Origin: an uncultured bacterium
GTDB taxonomy: Bacteria > Oederibacteriota > Oederibacteriia > Oederibacteriales > Oederibacteriaceae
Direction: 5' to 3'
NCBI GenBank assembly: GCA_965112635.1
Contig: OZ218778.1
Span: 1,760,001-1,824,000 of the forward strand
Length of the DNA: 64,000 nt
How positions within the stretch are numbered: position 1 is the stretch's first letter; each line of letters starts with the position of its first letter. The notes beneath the pieces were generated by a model, which was given only the letters and a program-made list of their open reading frames with translations, ran no database searches and was not told the DNA's origin. The position numbers and the translations under genes were made by a program. This document shows positions 1-9,991 of the stretch, piece after piece.

Positions 1-1676
1 AGCTTGGAACCGGCTGAGTCAGTGTTGGTCTTTAGAAAGTCCAAAGTCCAAAGCCATAAGTCCAAAGTCCCAGAAAGGATAGAACACCCCAGGCCGGGTT
101 TTTGCTTTTCGATTGTTTTCAGTTCTTCGTTCCAAATCCCCATATATTTAAGGAAAACCTCATTATCCATGCTGATGGTCATTTGGCGGCGTTGGACAGC
201 CTCGGGCCCCTCATAGGTGGCTTCCAGCTGGATATCAACCCACTTGCTAAAGAGGAAGCCGGGGCAGTCCTCGGTAATGCCGTAACCGCCGACCAGGCTG
301 ACCGCCTCGCGCATCATGGTGGCACCGTAACCAGTGTTCCACAGTTTGCAGGCCGGGCACATCACATTGGCCAGGCTGTCGGTCAGGACGAACTGGACCA
401 GCTTGTCGTTCTTGAGCTCCACAGCCCGTTTGTCACCGGGTTTTTTGGCCAGGTCCAGGTATTCTATGGCGTTTTTCTGGAGCGACATCAGGTGTTTCAT
501 CTGGGCTCGCGGACCGGAAATACCTTTTTTCTCGAAATCCGCGTTCTTGAAATGTGTTAATGGGTCTAGCTCGTCGAAAAGCCTCGCGGTCGCGAAGCCC
601 AAAGAAGCCCCGGCCTCGCCCGTAGCCCAGATGTCGATGAGGCGGTGCGTACAATCCTCTTTTAACTGCAGGCCCTTTTCGTAACGCGGGGTGCCTGCTT
701 CGACCTTTTCGGCTCCGCGGAAACGGTTGCGGTGGTAACGGATGACCGGCTCAATGGCCGAGAGGAGCTTGGCTGAGGACATCAGTCCGACCGTGACGCG
801 GGTGTGATGGAACACGGCTTCGATGATCTCGCCGTGGGAAAATTTCGGGATGATGACGCCGTCCTTGATGGTGTAGCCGCCGATGATACGGCTGGCCGGT
901 ATTTTAAGGTTAAAGATGGGGTCGCCGGTGGAGGAAAGCTGGTGCACCAATTTTTTGGTGGCAGTGCCCCGGTCAAACACGCCGGGGTCTGTATCTTCCA
1001 GGATGACCATGCAGCTTCCCTGGAATTTGGGGTCGTCCGAAGTTACGGCCGCGGTGATAAAGTTGGCGTAACCGATGTTGGTGATGAAACGGCCCCTTTT
1101 ATCCACCTGCAGGAGCGGCTCTTTGCCTTCCTTCCATTCGGCCACGCGTATCTTGCCGCTGACCATGCCGGTCTCCACGCCCACATAAGGGAGAGGTTCG
1201 GTGAGCACAAAGGCGCCGCGCCAGGTTTTGCGGTTCTCGCCGGGCTTGGCCGGAGCGGCCAGAGCCAGGTATTTGTCCCGCTGTTCTTTGGTGCCCTTTT
1301 CATGGATGGGAGAAAGCGCCAGGTTGCCGGCCAGGCTGGCCGTGCAGGCGCCGCCGTCCACCCAGCAAAGCTCAAAGGCGATGAGGGAAAGCACGAAATT
1401 CTTGGGCCCGTCAATGAGGCCGCCCTGGGCCGTGTCCATAAAGGCGGCGGTGATGCCGGCCTCGTCAAAGGCCTTTAAAAGTTCGGCTTTTTTATCGTTC
1501 CATTCGTGGCTGTTGCGGCCGCCTTCGGCCACCAGACGGGCGACCGGGCCCCTGGCCGCGGCCCGGCTGGACTGCACCAGCATCTGCAGGTCATAGCGGT
1601 CCGTATAGCGCCACATGATCTGGCGGACATCATCGCCCGGAAGGGTTTTGAGGGTCTCGGTCTGGCTGGGTTCCAT
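1..1676 (-). CDS. Acyl-CoA dehydrogenase family protein (3' end outside window; missing from ORF track)
   Basis: Manual translation from ATG at 1676 (AAGGA upstream): MEPSQTETLKTLPGDDVRQIMW...GAFVLTEPLPYVG...KRGRFITN...CPACKLWNTG...REAVSLVGGYGITEDCPG...LEATYEGPEAVQR. These are ACAD FAD-binding and catalytic-region motifs, and no stop was seen in the parts translated. Confidence 0.85.
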   Translation of the reverse strand, partial: MEPSQTETLKTLPGDDVRQIMWRYTDRYDLQMLVQSSRAAARGPVARLVAEGGRNSHEWNDKKAELLKAFDEAGITAAFMDTAQGGLIDGPKNFVLSLIAFELCWVDGGACTASLAGNLALSPIHEKGTKEQRDKYLALAAPAKPGENRKTWRGAFVLTEPLPYVGVETGMVSGKIRVAEWKEGKEPLLQVDKRGRFITNIGYANFITAAVTSDDPKFQGSCMVILEDTDPGVFDRGTATKKLVHQLSSTGDPIFNLKIPASRIIGGYTIKDGVIIPKFSHGEIIEAVFHHTRVTVGLMSSAKLLSAIEPVIRYHRNRFRGAEKVEAGTPRYEKGLQLKEDCTHRLIDIWATGEAGASLGFATARLFDELDPLTHFKNADFEKKGISGPRAQMKHLMSLQKNAIEYLDLAKKPGDKRAVELKNDKLVQFVLTDSLANVMCPACKLWNTGYGATMMREAVSLVGGYGITEDCPGFLFSKWVDIQLEATYEGPEAVQRRQMTISMDNEVFLKYMGIWNEELKTIEKQKPGLGCSILSGTLDLWLWTLDFLKTNTDSAGSK

Positions 1677-1724
1677 AATTTTTGTTGATATTCCTTTCTA
1701 ACAAAGTGGGAACAAACTCCAATC

Positions 1725-1753
1725 ATCATACCTACGGACTATTGACAAGTCAA
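1725..1753 (-). promoter_or_regulatory. Sigma70-type promoter for the acyl-CoA dehydrogenase
   Basis: Minus strand reads TTGACT-17 nt-TATGAT about 50 nt upstream of the ATG. It overlaps the palindrome ATTGAC-AA-GTCAAT (1741-1754). Confidence 0.5.
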
Positions 1754-1808
1754 TGCGGGTAAGAAAGCGGTTATAATATAGGAAACAATCAAAAGAAAGG
1801 CAGGCGGC

Positions 1809-2276
1809 ATGCTCTTTTACGGGTTTTATCGTTCCCCTTTGGGGAGGATTAAGATCACAGCCACCACCCGGGCTGTGGTCAGCATTGAACTAAAACCGCG
1901 ACCAGGGGAATTGGGGCCGGCCGCAGCCAAAAATACTCCTTTGATCAAAAGAGCGGTCAGGGAGCTCAAAGAGTATTTCAAGGGCAACAGGAAAAAGTTC
2001 GACTTTAAACTGGACCCGCAGGGGACCGTTTTTCAAAAAAAGATCTGGCAAGCCATGCGGAAGATACCCTACGGGCATACTTTGTCTTATGGCGAGCTGG
2101 CCAGAGCCGCGGGATTCCCCAAATCCAGCCGGGCTGCGGGGGGAGCCTGCAACAAAAACCCCATCCTTCTGGCCATACCCTGCCACCGGGTGGTAGCAAG
2201 CCAGGGCAAACTGGGAGGGTTCGGGTGCGGGATAAAAAATAAATTGGCCTTGTTGCGCCTGGAAGCCCGGTCTTAA
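1809..2276 (+). CDS. ogt: Methylated-DNA--protein-cysteine S-methyltransferase
   Basis: GTVFQKKIW..IPYG.T.SYGELA and active-site IPCHRVV motifs. Confidence 0.93.
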   Translation: MLFYGFYRSPLGRIKITATTRAVVSIELKPRPGELGPAAAKNTPLIKRAVRELKEYFKGNRKKFDFKLDPQGTVFQKKIWQAMRKIPYGHTLSYGELARAAGFPKSSRAAGGACNKNPILLAIPCHRVVASQGKLGGFGCGIKNKLALLRLEARS

Positions 2277-2890
2277 AACCCCAGCACTTCGTTGACGAAC
2301 AGCAGGGTCACTTTGCGGCCCATAAAAGCCGGTTCCTTTTCAATAATGAGGAGCTTGGCCAGGACGGTGCCGTGCATTCCCGCTTTTTTCATACGCTCGT
2401 TCTCAAGAGGGACCACATACTCACGCACACGCCTAAGGGCGGTTCCCAGGTCAGGGGTGATCTTTTGGGTGCCGACCACCCAAATGACGTTCTGGCTGGA
2501 AAAGGCGTCTGAAGGTATCTGGCTGCCTGAGGCGCTGGCTATGACGATCTCGCCGGTCTGGGCCACGGCGTGGACGCTGGCCAGGAAATAATCAACGGTG
2601 GTGCTTTTCTTGCGCAGTTCCATCTGCTTGGAGGGGATGGTTTCCGCCAGCAGGATATCCTTGAAATTATTCCAGGGATGCTGGCCGGATTTCAAAAGGT
2701 CCGTAAACCCTATCTGCTCGAGGGTGGTGGAGCCTCCGGTCATGAGCTCGGCTTTTAAGGGGAGCAGTTCCCTCAGGCGGAGCAGGGCTTTTTCTTTGGT
2801 GGCCACGAATTCAGCCGAAAAACCTCGCGATTTGAGGGATTCCATGGTTGTTTTGACGACTTCTTCGGAAGCTAGGGTATTGAAGCTCAT
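2273..2890 (-). CDS. LUD/YkgG (lactate-utilisation protein C-like) domain protein
   Basis: GGSTTLEQIG, YFLASVHAVAQTGEIVIASASGSQI and VVGTQKI motifs; GGAGG RBS. Confidence 0.8.
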   Translation of the reverse strand: MSFNTLASEEVVKTTMESLKSRGFSAEFVATKEKALLRLRELLPLKAELMTGGSTTLEQIGFTDLLKSGQHPWNNFKDILLAETIPSKQMELRKKSTTVDYFLASVHAVAQTGEIVIASASGSQIPSDAFSSQNVIWVVGTQKITPDLGTALRRVREYVVPLENERMKKAGMHGTVLAKLLIIEKEPAFMGRKVTLLFVNEVLGF

Positions 2891-2984
2891 AGTGTCCTCC
2901 TGTTAGCTATGTTAACCGTTCCTCTATCTTTAATATATTCCAACTGTCCGGTTTTGGCAACCAACCCAAGGCATGCCTGGGCAT

Positions 2985-3020
2985 AAAAAAAGCACCCCGC
3001 AGGATGACTGCGGGGTGCTT
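2985..3020 (-). terminator. Rho-independent terminator of the 3040-3822 gene
   Basis: AAGCACCCCGCAG-gatga-CTGCGGGGTGCTT stem-loop, preceded by an A run (U tract on the minus strand). Confidence 0.8.
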
Positions 3021-3039
3021 ATATTGTCGTGGAAAAATA

Positions 3040-3822
3040 TTATTTAGCTGCTGCCGGGGTCACGGCCGGGGTAACTACAGGTGCCGGCTTAGGCGCGGGC
3101 TTGGGAGCGGACATCAGATCATTGAGCTGTTTCTTTTTCTCATCGACCTGTTTCATAAGTGATTCGATGGCGTCTTTTTTGCCGGCTTGCACGGCGGTTT
3201 TCATCTTGTCCGATATGCCAAGAAGCTGGTCAATGACGGCCAGGGCCTTCTTGCCATTGGTCTGCTTGGCCTTCAATTCTTGGGCTTCCGTGGTGTTGTT
3301 CGATTGTTTGGCCTTGTCGATACCGCTGCTGAGGTTCTTAAGCCCCGCGGTGATCTTGTCTTTCATATGGGTCAGGTTGGCCACCTGGTCGGCGATGCCT
3401 TCCAGCATCTGGTTGGTGTGGAAATCCTGCTGGGCTTTTTGAAGTTCCTTGCCCATCTCCTCGGCTTTTTGGTTGTCTCCGGCGTCCCTGGCCTTGGCGA
3501 TCTCGTCCGTGGTGTCCAAAATTTTGGTCTGCATGTCCAGATTTTCCTGAGCTTGCTTAACTTTTTCTTCCAGCATGGCGACCTTGTCGGCGTCTTTGCC
3601 GGCTTTGGCTGTTTCCAAGTCCATCTTTTTGGCTTCCAGGTTCAGGTTGGCTTCCTTGACGCGCAGCTCTTTGAGACTCCTTTCCGCGTCCCTGATCTCC
3701 TTGCGGACAGTGGTCAACTCATCGCTGCCGGCCGGTTTAGGGGCAGGGCTGGTTTGCTGCTGTGCTGCCAGGGGCAAAGCCAGGCACAGGGTGAAAAGCG
3801 CGAGCAAAATTCTTTTCGTCAT
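3040..3822 (-). CDS. Secreted coiled-coil hypothetical protein with Pro/Thr-rich tail
   Basis: Signal peptide (MTKRILLALFTLCLALPLAA), K/E/Q/A-rich helical body, C-terminal PAPVVTPAVTP. Confidence 0.7.
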   Translation of the reverse strand: MTKRILLALFTLCLALPLAAQQQTSPAPKPAGSDELTTVRKEIRDAERSLKELRVKEANLNLEAKKMDLETAKAGKDADKVAMLEEKVKQAQENLDMQTKILDTTDEIAKARDAGDNQKAEEMGKELQKAQQDFHTNQMLEGIADQVANLTHMKDKITAGLKNLSSGIDKAKQSNNTTEAQELKAKQTNGKKALAVIDQLLGISDKMKTAVQAGKKDAIESLMKQVDEKKKQLNDLMSAPKPAPKPAPVVTPAVTPAAAK

Positions 3823-3956
3823 CTTTGTTCTCCTTATTCATTCTAAGATTTTGCCTATCTGATGCTACATTATAGACCACGGCTGGCTCATGGAAAAGCG
3901 GGAATAATTTTAGTATAGTGGAATATATTGTTCTTAAAACCCGAGGAGGAAAAGAC

Positions 3957-4409
3957 ATGGCGAAATCAGCGTTAGTAGCGAAAATAGAAGGGGAAATGAC
4001 GGCCGCGATGAAGGCCAAGAACGAGGCAGTGCTTTCCGCTTTGCGTATGATCAAATCAGCCTTTCAATATAAGGCAATAGAACTCAAAAAAGAGCTGACC
4101 GACGAGGACGCCCTGGATGTCCTGATGAAACAGGCCAAGCAGCGAAGGGAATCCATCGAAGGCTTTACCAAGGGCAACCGGCAGGATTTGGCGGACAAGG
4201 AAAAGGCTGAGCTGGCCCTGATAGAAAAGTTTTTACCTCAGCAGATGACCGAGGATGAGATCAAGGCTCTGGCCCAAGAGGTCATCAAGGCCGTGGGAGC
4301 CACCTCAGCCAAGGAAATGGGCAAAGTCATGGCTAGCTTGAACCCCAAGGTCAAAGGCAAAGCCGATATGGGCAAGGTAAGCGGGATAGTAAAATCCTTG
4401 CTGGGATAA
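3957..4409 (+). CDS. yqeY: GatB/YqeY domain protein
   Basis: AMKAK..LSALRMIKS, KQAKQRRESIEGF..GNR.DLA.KE..E, MGKVM..L...VKGKAD. GAGGAGG RBS precedes ATG 3957. Confidence 0.9.
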   Translation: MAKSALVAKIEGEMTAAMKAKNEAVLSALRMIKSAFQYKAIELKKELTDEDALDVLMKQAKQRRESIEGFTKGNRQDLADKEKAELALIEKFLPQQMTEDEIKALAQEVIKAVGATSAKEMGKVMASLNPKVKGKADMGKVSGIVKSLLG

Positions 4410-4428
4410 CAAAAAGAGGAAACTGAGA

Positions 4429-6273
4429 ATGCCGAGTTACAGTCCAGTAAAATTCACCGAGGTGGAATCAAAACAGGGGTTTTGGGCGCAACGCCAGCAG
4501 GTCAACAGGCGCAATACCATTCCCGCCATCTACAACCAGCTCAAAAAAACAGGCAGGCTGGCCGCCTTTAAACTCAAGGCGCCCAGGGGCTGTCATATAT
4601 TTTGGGATTCGGATGTGGCCAAGTGGCTGGAAGCGGCCTGCTACAGCCTGGCCCGTCATCCTGACCCAAAACTGGCCAGCCTGGTGGAGAAGACCGTGGA
4701 CCTGGTCCTGTCAGCCCAGCAAAAGGACGGCTACCTCAACACCTATTTCATCGCCAAAGAACCCAAGATGCGCTGGAAGAATCTGCGGGACAACCATGAG
4801 TTGTATTGTGCCGGTCATTTGATGGAGGCGGCTGCGGCACATTTCCAGACGACCGGGAACCGGCGTTTCGTGGAGGCCATGGCTAGGCTGGCTGACCACA
4901 TTTCCAGCCGATTTGGCAGGGAAAAAGGAAAGAAGCGGGGTTACTGCGGGCACGAGGAGATAGAGCTGGCTCTCGTTAAATTGTACCGAGCCACCGGAGA
5001 AAAGAGATTTCTGGAACTGAGCCGCTATTTTTTAGAAGAGCGCGGGCACAAACCCAATTATTTTGACCAGGAGGCCAGGGCCAGGGGAGAGGATCCGTCC
5101 ACATTCTGGGCCAAGGCCGAATATTACCAGGCTAATATTCCGGTACGCCAACAGAAAAAGCCGACTGGCCACGCGGTGCGGGCCATGTACCTGTACTGCG
5201 GGATGACAGACCTTTTCAACGAGACCGGGGACAAGACGCTCCTCAGTACACTCAAGCGGCTGTGGGAGCACTTGACCCAGCGGCTCATGTACGTGACCGG
5301 CGGGATCGGCTCGTCCAGCCAGAACGAGGGGTTTACTTTTGATTTTGACCTGCCCAACGAGAATGCCTACGCCGAGACCTGCGCCACCATCGGGCTGGTG
5401 CTTTGGAACCACCGCCTGCTACAGGAGGAATGCGACAGCCGTTACGCTGATGTGCTGGAGCTGGCGCTGTATAACGGCGTGCTCAGCGGAGTTTCTTTGG
5501 ACGGGAAAAAGTTCTTTTACGTTAATCCCTTATCCAGCACGGGCCAGCACCATCGCCAGGACTGGTTTGGCTGTGCCTGCTGTCCGCCCAATGTGGCCCG
5601 GGCCATCGAGTTTTTGGGCGAGTTCATTTATTCCCAGTCCCAACAGGAGGCAGTGGTCCATTTGTTCGCGGACAGCACTGCTCGTCTGGAAGTAGGGGGC
5701 CAGCAGGTCATTCTGACACAGAAGACCAATTATCCGTGGCAGGGGAAAGTGGACATCACGGTGCAGCCGGACTGGCCAGCCAGATTTACTTTAAAAATAA
5801 GAAAGCCCGGATGGAGCCATGAAGCGCGAGTGCTCCTCAACGGCAAGAACATAAAGCCAAAGATGGAGAGGGGATACCTGGCCATAGACCGGAAGTGGGA
5901 GCCGGGAGACAAGGTTAGCCTGGATTTTCCCATGACGGTGGAGAGAGTTTACGCGGACCCCCGGGTGAAAAGCGATATTGGCCGGGTGGCGCTGATGCGC
6001 GGGCCGTTGGTGTACTGCCTGGAACAGGCGGATAATGGACCTGACCTGGAAACGCTGACCATACCCCGTAAAGCAAAGATCAAAGCCGTCTCAGGGGCGG
6101 GCATGGTGGCTTTGCAGGGCGAGGCCATCAGGGAATACAGCGGGTCAGGCGAGCTTTATCGCCGAGAACCCGGCCACAACCGGACAGTGCGATTCAAAGC
6201 CGTGCCATACTTTAGCTGGGACAACCGCAAAGGCGGAGAGATGATCGTGTGGGTGAGGAGAGAAAATGGCTGA
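4429..6273 (+). CDS. Glycoside hydrolase family 127 (beta-L-arabinofuranosidase-like)
   Basis: FWDSDVAKWLEA, HELYCAGH, GHEEIELAL, GHAVRAMYL, YAETCA and CACCPPN (Zn/Cys nucleophile) motifs. Confidence 0.92.
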   Translation: MPSYSPVKFTEVESKQGFWAQRQQVNRRNTIPAIYNQLKKTGRLAAFKLKAPRGCHIFWDSDVAKWLEAACYSLARHPDPKLASLVEKTVDLVLSAQQKDGYLNTYFIAKEPKMRWKNLRDNHELYCAGHLMEAAAAHFQTTGNRRFVEAMARLADHISSRFGREKGKKRGYCGHEEIELALVKLYRATGEKRFLELSRYFLEERGHKPNYFDQEARARGEDPSTFWAKAEYYQANIPVRQQKKPTGHAVRAMYLYCGMTDLFNETGDKTLLSTLKRLWEHLTQRLMYVTGGIGSSSQNEGFTFDFDLPNENAYAETCATIGLVLWNHRLLQEECDSRYADVLELALYNGVLSGVSLDGKKFFYVNPLSSTGQHHRQDWFGCACCPPNVARAIEFLGEFIYSQSQQEAVVHLFADSTARLEVGGQQVILTQKTNYPWQGKVDITVQPDWPARFTLKIRKPGWSHEARVLLNGKNIKPKMERGYLAIDRKWEPGDKVSLDFPMTVERVYADPRVKSDIGRVALMRGPLVYCLEQADNGPDLETLTIPRKAKIKAVSGAGMVALQGEAIREYSGSGELYRREPGHNRTVRFKAVPYFSWDNRKGGEMIVWVRRENG

Positions 6274-6547
6274 TTATAAAATAAAATGTGAAGTAATTCA
6301 GGTCAAAACTGAATCAGGGGTTTGTATTGGGTCAGCCAAATGCCGATTGGGAGAAATATATATACTCACAGCCAGAACGCCGGAACCAGTGGGTATGTGT
6401 GGCAGGGCATTTGCCGCTATTCATCCCATGGCCTTTGCCATGCGCTGGTCTGAGCAGATGATGTGGGAGAAGAAGGATTATGTGGATGTTTCCTGTCCTG
6501 ATGGTGGTTGCGTGACTTATAGACTTTCCAGAATAAGGGATAAGTGA
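6266..6547 (+). CDS. TIGR04076-family small Cys-containing protein
   Basis: 93 aa; C..G, P.GMC..AF..I.P and CPDG...V.YRL pattern; overlaps the GH127 stop. Confidence 0.7.
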   Translation: MADYKIKCEVIQVKTESGVCIGSAKCRLGEIYILTARTPEPVGMCGRAFAAIHPMAFAMRWSEQMMWEKKDYVDVSCPDGGCVTYRLSRIRDK

Positions 6548-6551
6548 GTTT

Positions 6552-8462
6552 ATGACTTTTATGACTGGTTTGCCAATCATGGTGGTGGCGCTGTTGGTGA
6601 TAGCGCTGGCGTACCGTTTCTACGGGGCATTTTTGGCGGCCAAGGTGCTGGCGTTTGACCCCAACCGGGTGACGCCTAGCCACAGGCTCAAGGACGGCCA
6701 GAACTACCATCCCACCAACAAATGGGTCTTGTTCGGACACCATTTCGCGGCCATTGCCGGAGCCGGGCCTCTGATAGGGCCGGTCTTGGCGGCGCAGTTC
6801 GGGTTTATGCCGGGGTTTATCTGGCTCCTGGCTGGGAGCGTTTTGGCCGGAGGTGTGCATGACCTGGTCATCCTGTTCGCCTCAGTGAGGCGCGAAGGCA
6901 TGTCCATTGCCGAGATAGCCAAAAAAGAGATCAGCCCGTTCTCAGGCGTGATCACCTCCATCGCGGTTTTCTTTATTATCATCATTGCCCTGGCCGGCCT
7001 GGGCATGGTGGTGGTCAATGCTCTGGCCGAGAGTTCGTGGGCTACCTTTACCATAGCCATGACCATTCCCATTGCCCTGTTCATGGGCTGGTATATGGAA
7101 ATATACCGCAAGGGAGATTTGAAGACCGCTTCCATAATAGGTGTTGTCCTGATGCTGTTGGCTGTGGTGGCGGGCAAGTGGGTCCCAGGGTCTTTTTGCG
7201 CGGATTGGTTCACTTTTTCCAGGCACGGCATTACCTTTTGGATGGCGGTTTACGGGTTTGTGGCGTCCATCCTGCCGGTGTGGATGCTCCTGGCTCCCCG
7301 GGATTACCTCAGTTCCTATATGAAAATAGGGACTATCGGGCTTTTGGCCGTGGGTGTCATCCTCGTTAATCCAACCCTTAAAATGCCCATGCTCCAATAC
7401 GCCTCCGGAGGGCCTATCATCAAAGGCCCGTTGTTTCCCTTTCTCTTTATAACTATTGCCTGCGGAGCCATCTCCGGTTTTCATTCGCTCATTGCCACCG
7501 GCACAACGCCCAAGATGGTGAACAATGAATCCGAGCTTAAATTCATCGGCTACGGGGCCATGCTGGTGGAAGGGCTGGTCAGCATCACGGCCCTGATCGC
7601 GGCCTGCGCCTTATTTCCCGGAGACTATTTTGCCATCAATACACCGGTGGAGGTTTTTAATACTCTGGGCATGACCATGCAGAACCTGCCGGACCTGGCC
7701 AGACAGATAGGCGAGCAGTTGCAGGGCAGGACCGGCGGAGGGGTTTCTTTGGCGGTGGGCATGGCGCAGATATTCAGCGGCCTACCGGGCATGAACGGGC
7801 TGATGTCCTACTGGTACCACTTTGTCATCATGTTCGAGGCGCTCTTTATCCTGACCACGGTGGATGCCGGGACCAGGGTGGGCAGGTTTTTGCTGGAAGA
7901 GTTTTTTGAAATGGCCAGGCCCGGGAATAAAAAGCTGGTCTGGAGGAATAATGTGACCAACCCTGACCGTCCGGATAGAAGGGCAAGCTCTATTATCGCT
8001 TCGGCCATTGTGGTGGCCCTGTGGGCCTACTTTATCTGGACCGGGTCCATCTCCACCATCTGGCCCATGTTCGGCATTGCCAACCAGCTTTTGGCCTGCG
8101 CGGCCCTGGCTATCGGCACGACCGTACTGGTCAACATGGGCAGGACCCGCTATACCTGGACGACCCTGGTCCCCCTGGTGTTCATCAGCGTCACCACGCT
8201 GACCGCCGGAGTGGAAAGCATCCAAAATATTTTCCTGCCTTTGAGCCGGGTGGCGGGCAAGGAGTTTCAGGGGACGCTGAATGTCATCCTGACGGTCATT
8301 ATGATGATCTGCGTGGTGCTGGTGATAGGGGATGCTGTAAAACATTGGGTGAAAGTGTGGGGCAGTCCAGGGCCCGTAGCGCAATCTAAGACAAAAAGGT
8401 TAAGAAGATACCAGACCCTGCTCTCGGGAGAGAGGCAGGGTCTTTTGTTTTTGAGGTCGTAG
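6552..8462 (+). CDS. cstA: Carbon starvation protein A (peptide/pyruvate transporter)
   Basis: [46 protein letters not shown] and [15 protein letters not shown] motifs. Confidence 0.93.
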   Translation: MTFMTGLPIMVVALLVIALAYRFYGAFLAAKVLAFDPNRVTPSHRLKDGQNYHPTNKWVLFGHHFAAIAGAGPLIGPVLAAQFGFMPGFIWLLAGSVLAGGVHDLVILFASVRREGMSIAEIAKKEISPFSGVITSIAVFFIIIIALAGLGMVVVNALAESSWATFTIAMTIPIALFMGWYMEIYRKGDLKTASIIGVVLMLLAVVAGKWVPGSFCADWFTFSRHGITFWMAVYGFVASILPVWMLLAPRDYLSSYMKIGTIGLLAVGVILVNPTLKMPMLQYASGGPIIKGPLFPFLFITIACGAISGFHSLIATGTTPKMVNNESELKFIGYGAMLVEGLVSITALIAACALFPGDYFAINTPVEVFNTLGMTMQNLPDLARQIGEQLQGRTGGGVSLAVGMAQIFSGLPGMNGLMSYWYHFVIMFEALFILTTVDAGTRVGRFLLEEFFEMARPGNKKLVWRNNVTNPDRPDRRASSIIASAIVVALWAYFIWTGSISTIWPMFGIANQLLACAALAIGTTVLVNMGRTRYTWTTLVPLVFISVTTLTAGVESIQNIFLPLSRVAGKEFQGTLNVILTVIMMICVVLVIGDAVKHWVKVWGSPGPVAQSKTKRLRRYQTLLSGERQGLLFLRS

Positions 8463-8464
8463 GA

Positions 8465-9460
8465 TTACTTGGCTGAGGAGGTCACTCCTGCCGGTGCTGT
8501 TTTAGGAGATTTTTCCACTGGTGTGCTCATTTCCGTGGCTGCCGCAGCGGTCGGGGTGACGGCTTCAGGATAGGATTTAAGGGTGTCGTCAACCCAGCCC
8601 ATGTTATCAGTATCCTCGGCTTTGGTGAACGCGTCCTTGGCCTTTAACACCAGGTCCGCGCCCTGGGTTTCATCGGCCAGGTAGGCTTCCTTGCAAGCGT
8701 ATCCCAAGTTTTTGGCATAAAGCTTGTTGGCGGGGTCCAGGCGGCAAGCTGTGGAAAGGGGCGCGATGGCGTTCTTGTACTGGCGGTCGCAAATATAGGC
8801 CCAGCCTAGGCGGTTGCTGGCCAGGGCCACGGCCTTGGTGCCCTCGGCTTGAGCGGCCATCTTGTCAAAACAGGCGATGGCCGCTTTGTACTGGAGCTGT
8901 TTCAAAGCGTTGCTCCCGGCCTTGTTGTAATCAGAGTAGGAGCCCTTGGCCGGCGGGGTGACAGGAGAGGCCGCGGCAGCTTCTTCTTTGAGCGACTTGT
9001 CCAGCATGGCTTTGGCCGCGTCGCGGTTATCTTTTTTGTACTCCGGGTCCAGGGCTTCCAGCTTGGCGTAGACCGTCACGGCCTTGGCCACATCCATGGA
9101 AGTCCCTTTGCCCAGCTCGTAATACTGCATCAGGGAAACGCCCAGGTTGTTGAGGGCGTGGCTGGTTTCCTGGTAGGTCAGCGCCCGGTCGAAGTCCGCG
9201 ATGGCTTCGGAGAGTTTGCGCATCTTCAGATGGAGCAAACCCTGGGCGTTGGCCGCGTCGGACCTGGACTTGGGGCCGGTGAACTCCTTTTCCGCGGCCT
9301 GGAACTTCTGCAAAGCCACATCCAGCTTGCCGTCGTTCTCGTCCTGGACCGCTTCGGACCAGAGAGAGTCGGAGGCCCGGACAGTCCTGGCCAGGCCGGC
9401 CACGCAAAGAATAGCCACTCCTAGAAAGAGGGCTAAAAACTTGGTAAAAGTAGTCATCAA
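8465..9460 (-). CDS. Secreted TPR-repeat protein
   Basis: Signal peptide; TPR motifs (NAQGLLHL..EAIADFDRAL, NNLGVSL, NRLGWAY..AIAPL, KNLGYA). Confidence 0.8.
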   Translation of the reverse strand: MMTTFTKFLALFLGVAILCVAGLARTVRASDSLWSEAVQDENDGKLDVALQKFQAAEKEFTGPKSRSDAANAQGLLHLKMRKLSEAIADFDRALTYQETSHALNNLGVSLMQYYELGKGTSMDVAKAVTVYAKLEALDPEYKKDNRDAAKAMLDKSLKEEAAAASPVTPPAKGSYSDYNKAGSNALKQLQYKAAIACFDKMAAQAEGTKAVALASNRLGWAYICDRQYKNAIAPLSTACRLDPANKLYAKNLGYACKEAYLADETQGADLVLKAKDAFTKAEDTDNMGWVDDTLKSYPEAVTPTAAAATEMSTPVEKSPKTAPAGVTSSAK

Positions 9461-9627
9461 GATATCCTCCTTAAGATGAGTTAGGGATGCTTTCCAAATA
9501 TTATACCAATTAAACCAGAACCAATCCCTATACGCTAATATTTTTCCTTTGCAGGGGTGTGTTGGAATGAAGTGGCTTTCAGCAAGGGCAATGGTTATAT
9601 ATAATGGAGTCTGGTGTTCATCGGATC

Positions 9628-9826
9628 AGCGTTTTGGAGACCACGGGCTGTGCCCGTGGATGAAAAAACGCTAGTTTAATAAATAGTTCCTCTCCGAGAG
9701 GATTCCAAAGGAGGTTACTCCTTTGGTCAGTCCGCCGGAGGCGGACTGAATGTTTTGTGGGAGCCACGGGCTACACGCTCATGCGTGCGCACCTTGAGGG
9801 CGTGCCCGTGGGGGCCCCACTCGGAT
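9628..9826. repeat. Dense multi-hairpin cassette (MITE-like / IS200-IS605-end-like)
   Basis: CCACGGGC..GCCCGTGG hairpin at both ends (9641-9659; 9764-9811) plus three internal hairpins (9688-9702, 9705-9726, 9727-9749). Confidence 0.55.
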
Positions 9827-9841
9827 GAAGGAGAGCAAGGC

Positions 9842-9979
9842 ATGGGCATTTACGACAGGGATTATATGAGGGAGCCGAATCCGGAACCGGATTGGACCCC
9901 GCCGCCGCATAAAAAGTTATGGATCGCCGTCACCGCGGTCGTCATCCTGGTCCTTTTCCTTTACCTCACTTTGAGATAG
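9842..9979 (+). CDS. 45-aa single-TM membrane protein (MGIYDRDYMR N-terminus)
   Basis: AAGGAGAG RBS, ATG 9842, C-terminal hydrophobic helix; its stop overlaps the AGGAGG RBS of GH20. Confidence 0.65.
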   Translation: MGIYDRDYMREPNPEPDWTPPPHKKLWIAVTAVVILVLFLYLTLR

Positions 9980-9991
9980 GAGGCTGGAGCC

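Noticed and set aside
36-76. Short tandem AAAGTCC repeats
   Set aside because: They lie inside the acyl-CoA dehydrogenase frame (TLDLWLWTLDFL); coding coincidence, not an array.
102-1729. Several plus- and minus-strand track ORFs (e.g. 102-560, 804-1478, 1043-1468)
   Set aside because: Shadow frames of the minus-strand acyl-CoA dehydrogenase.
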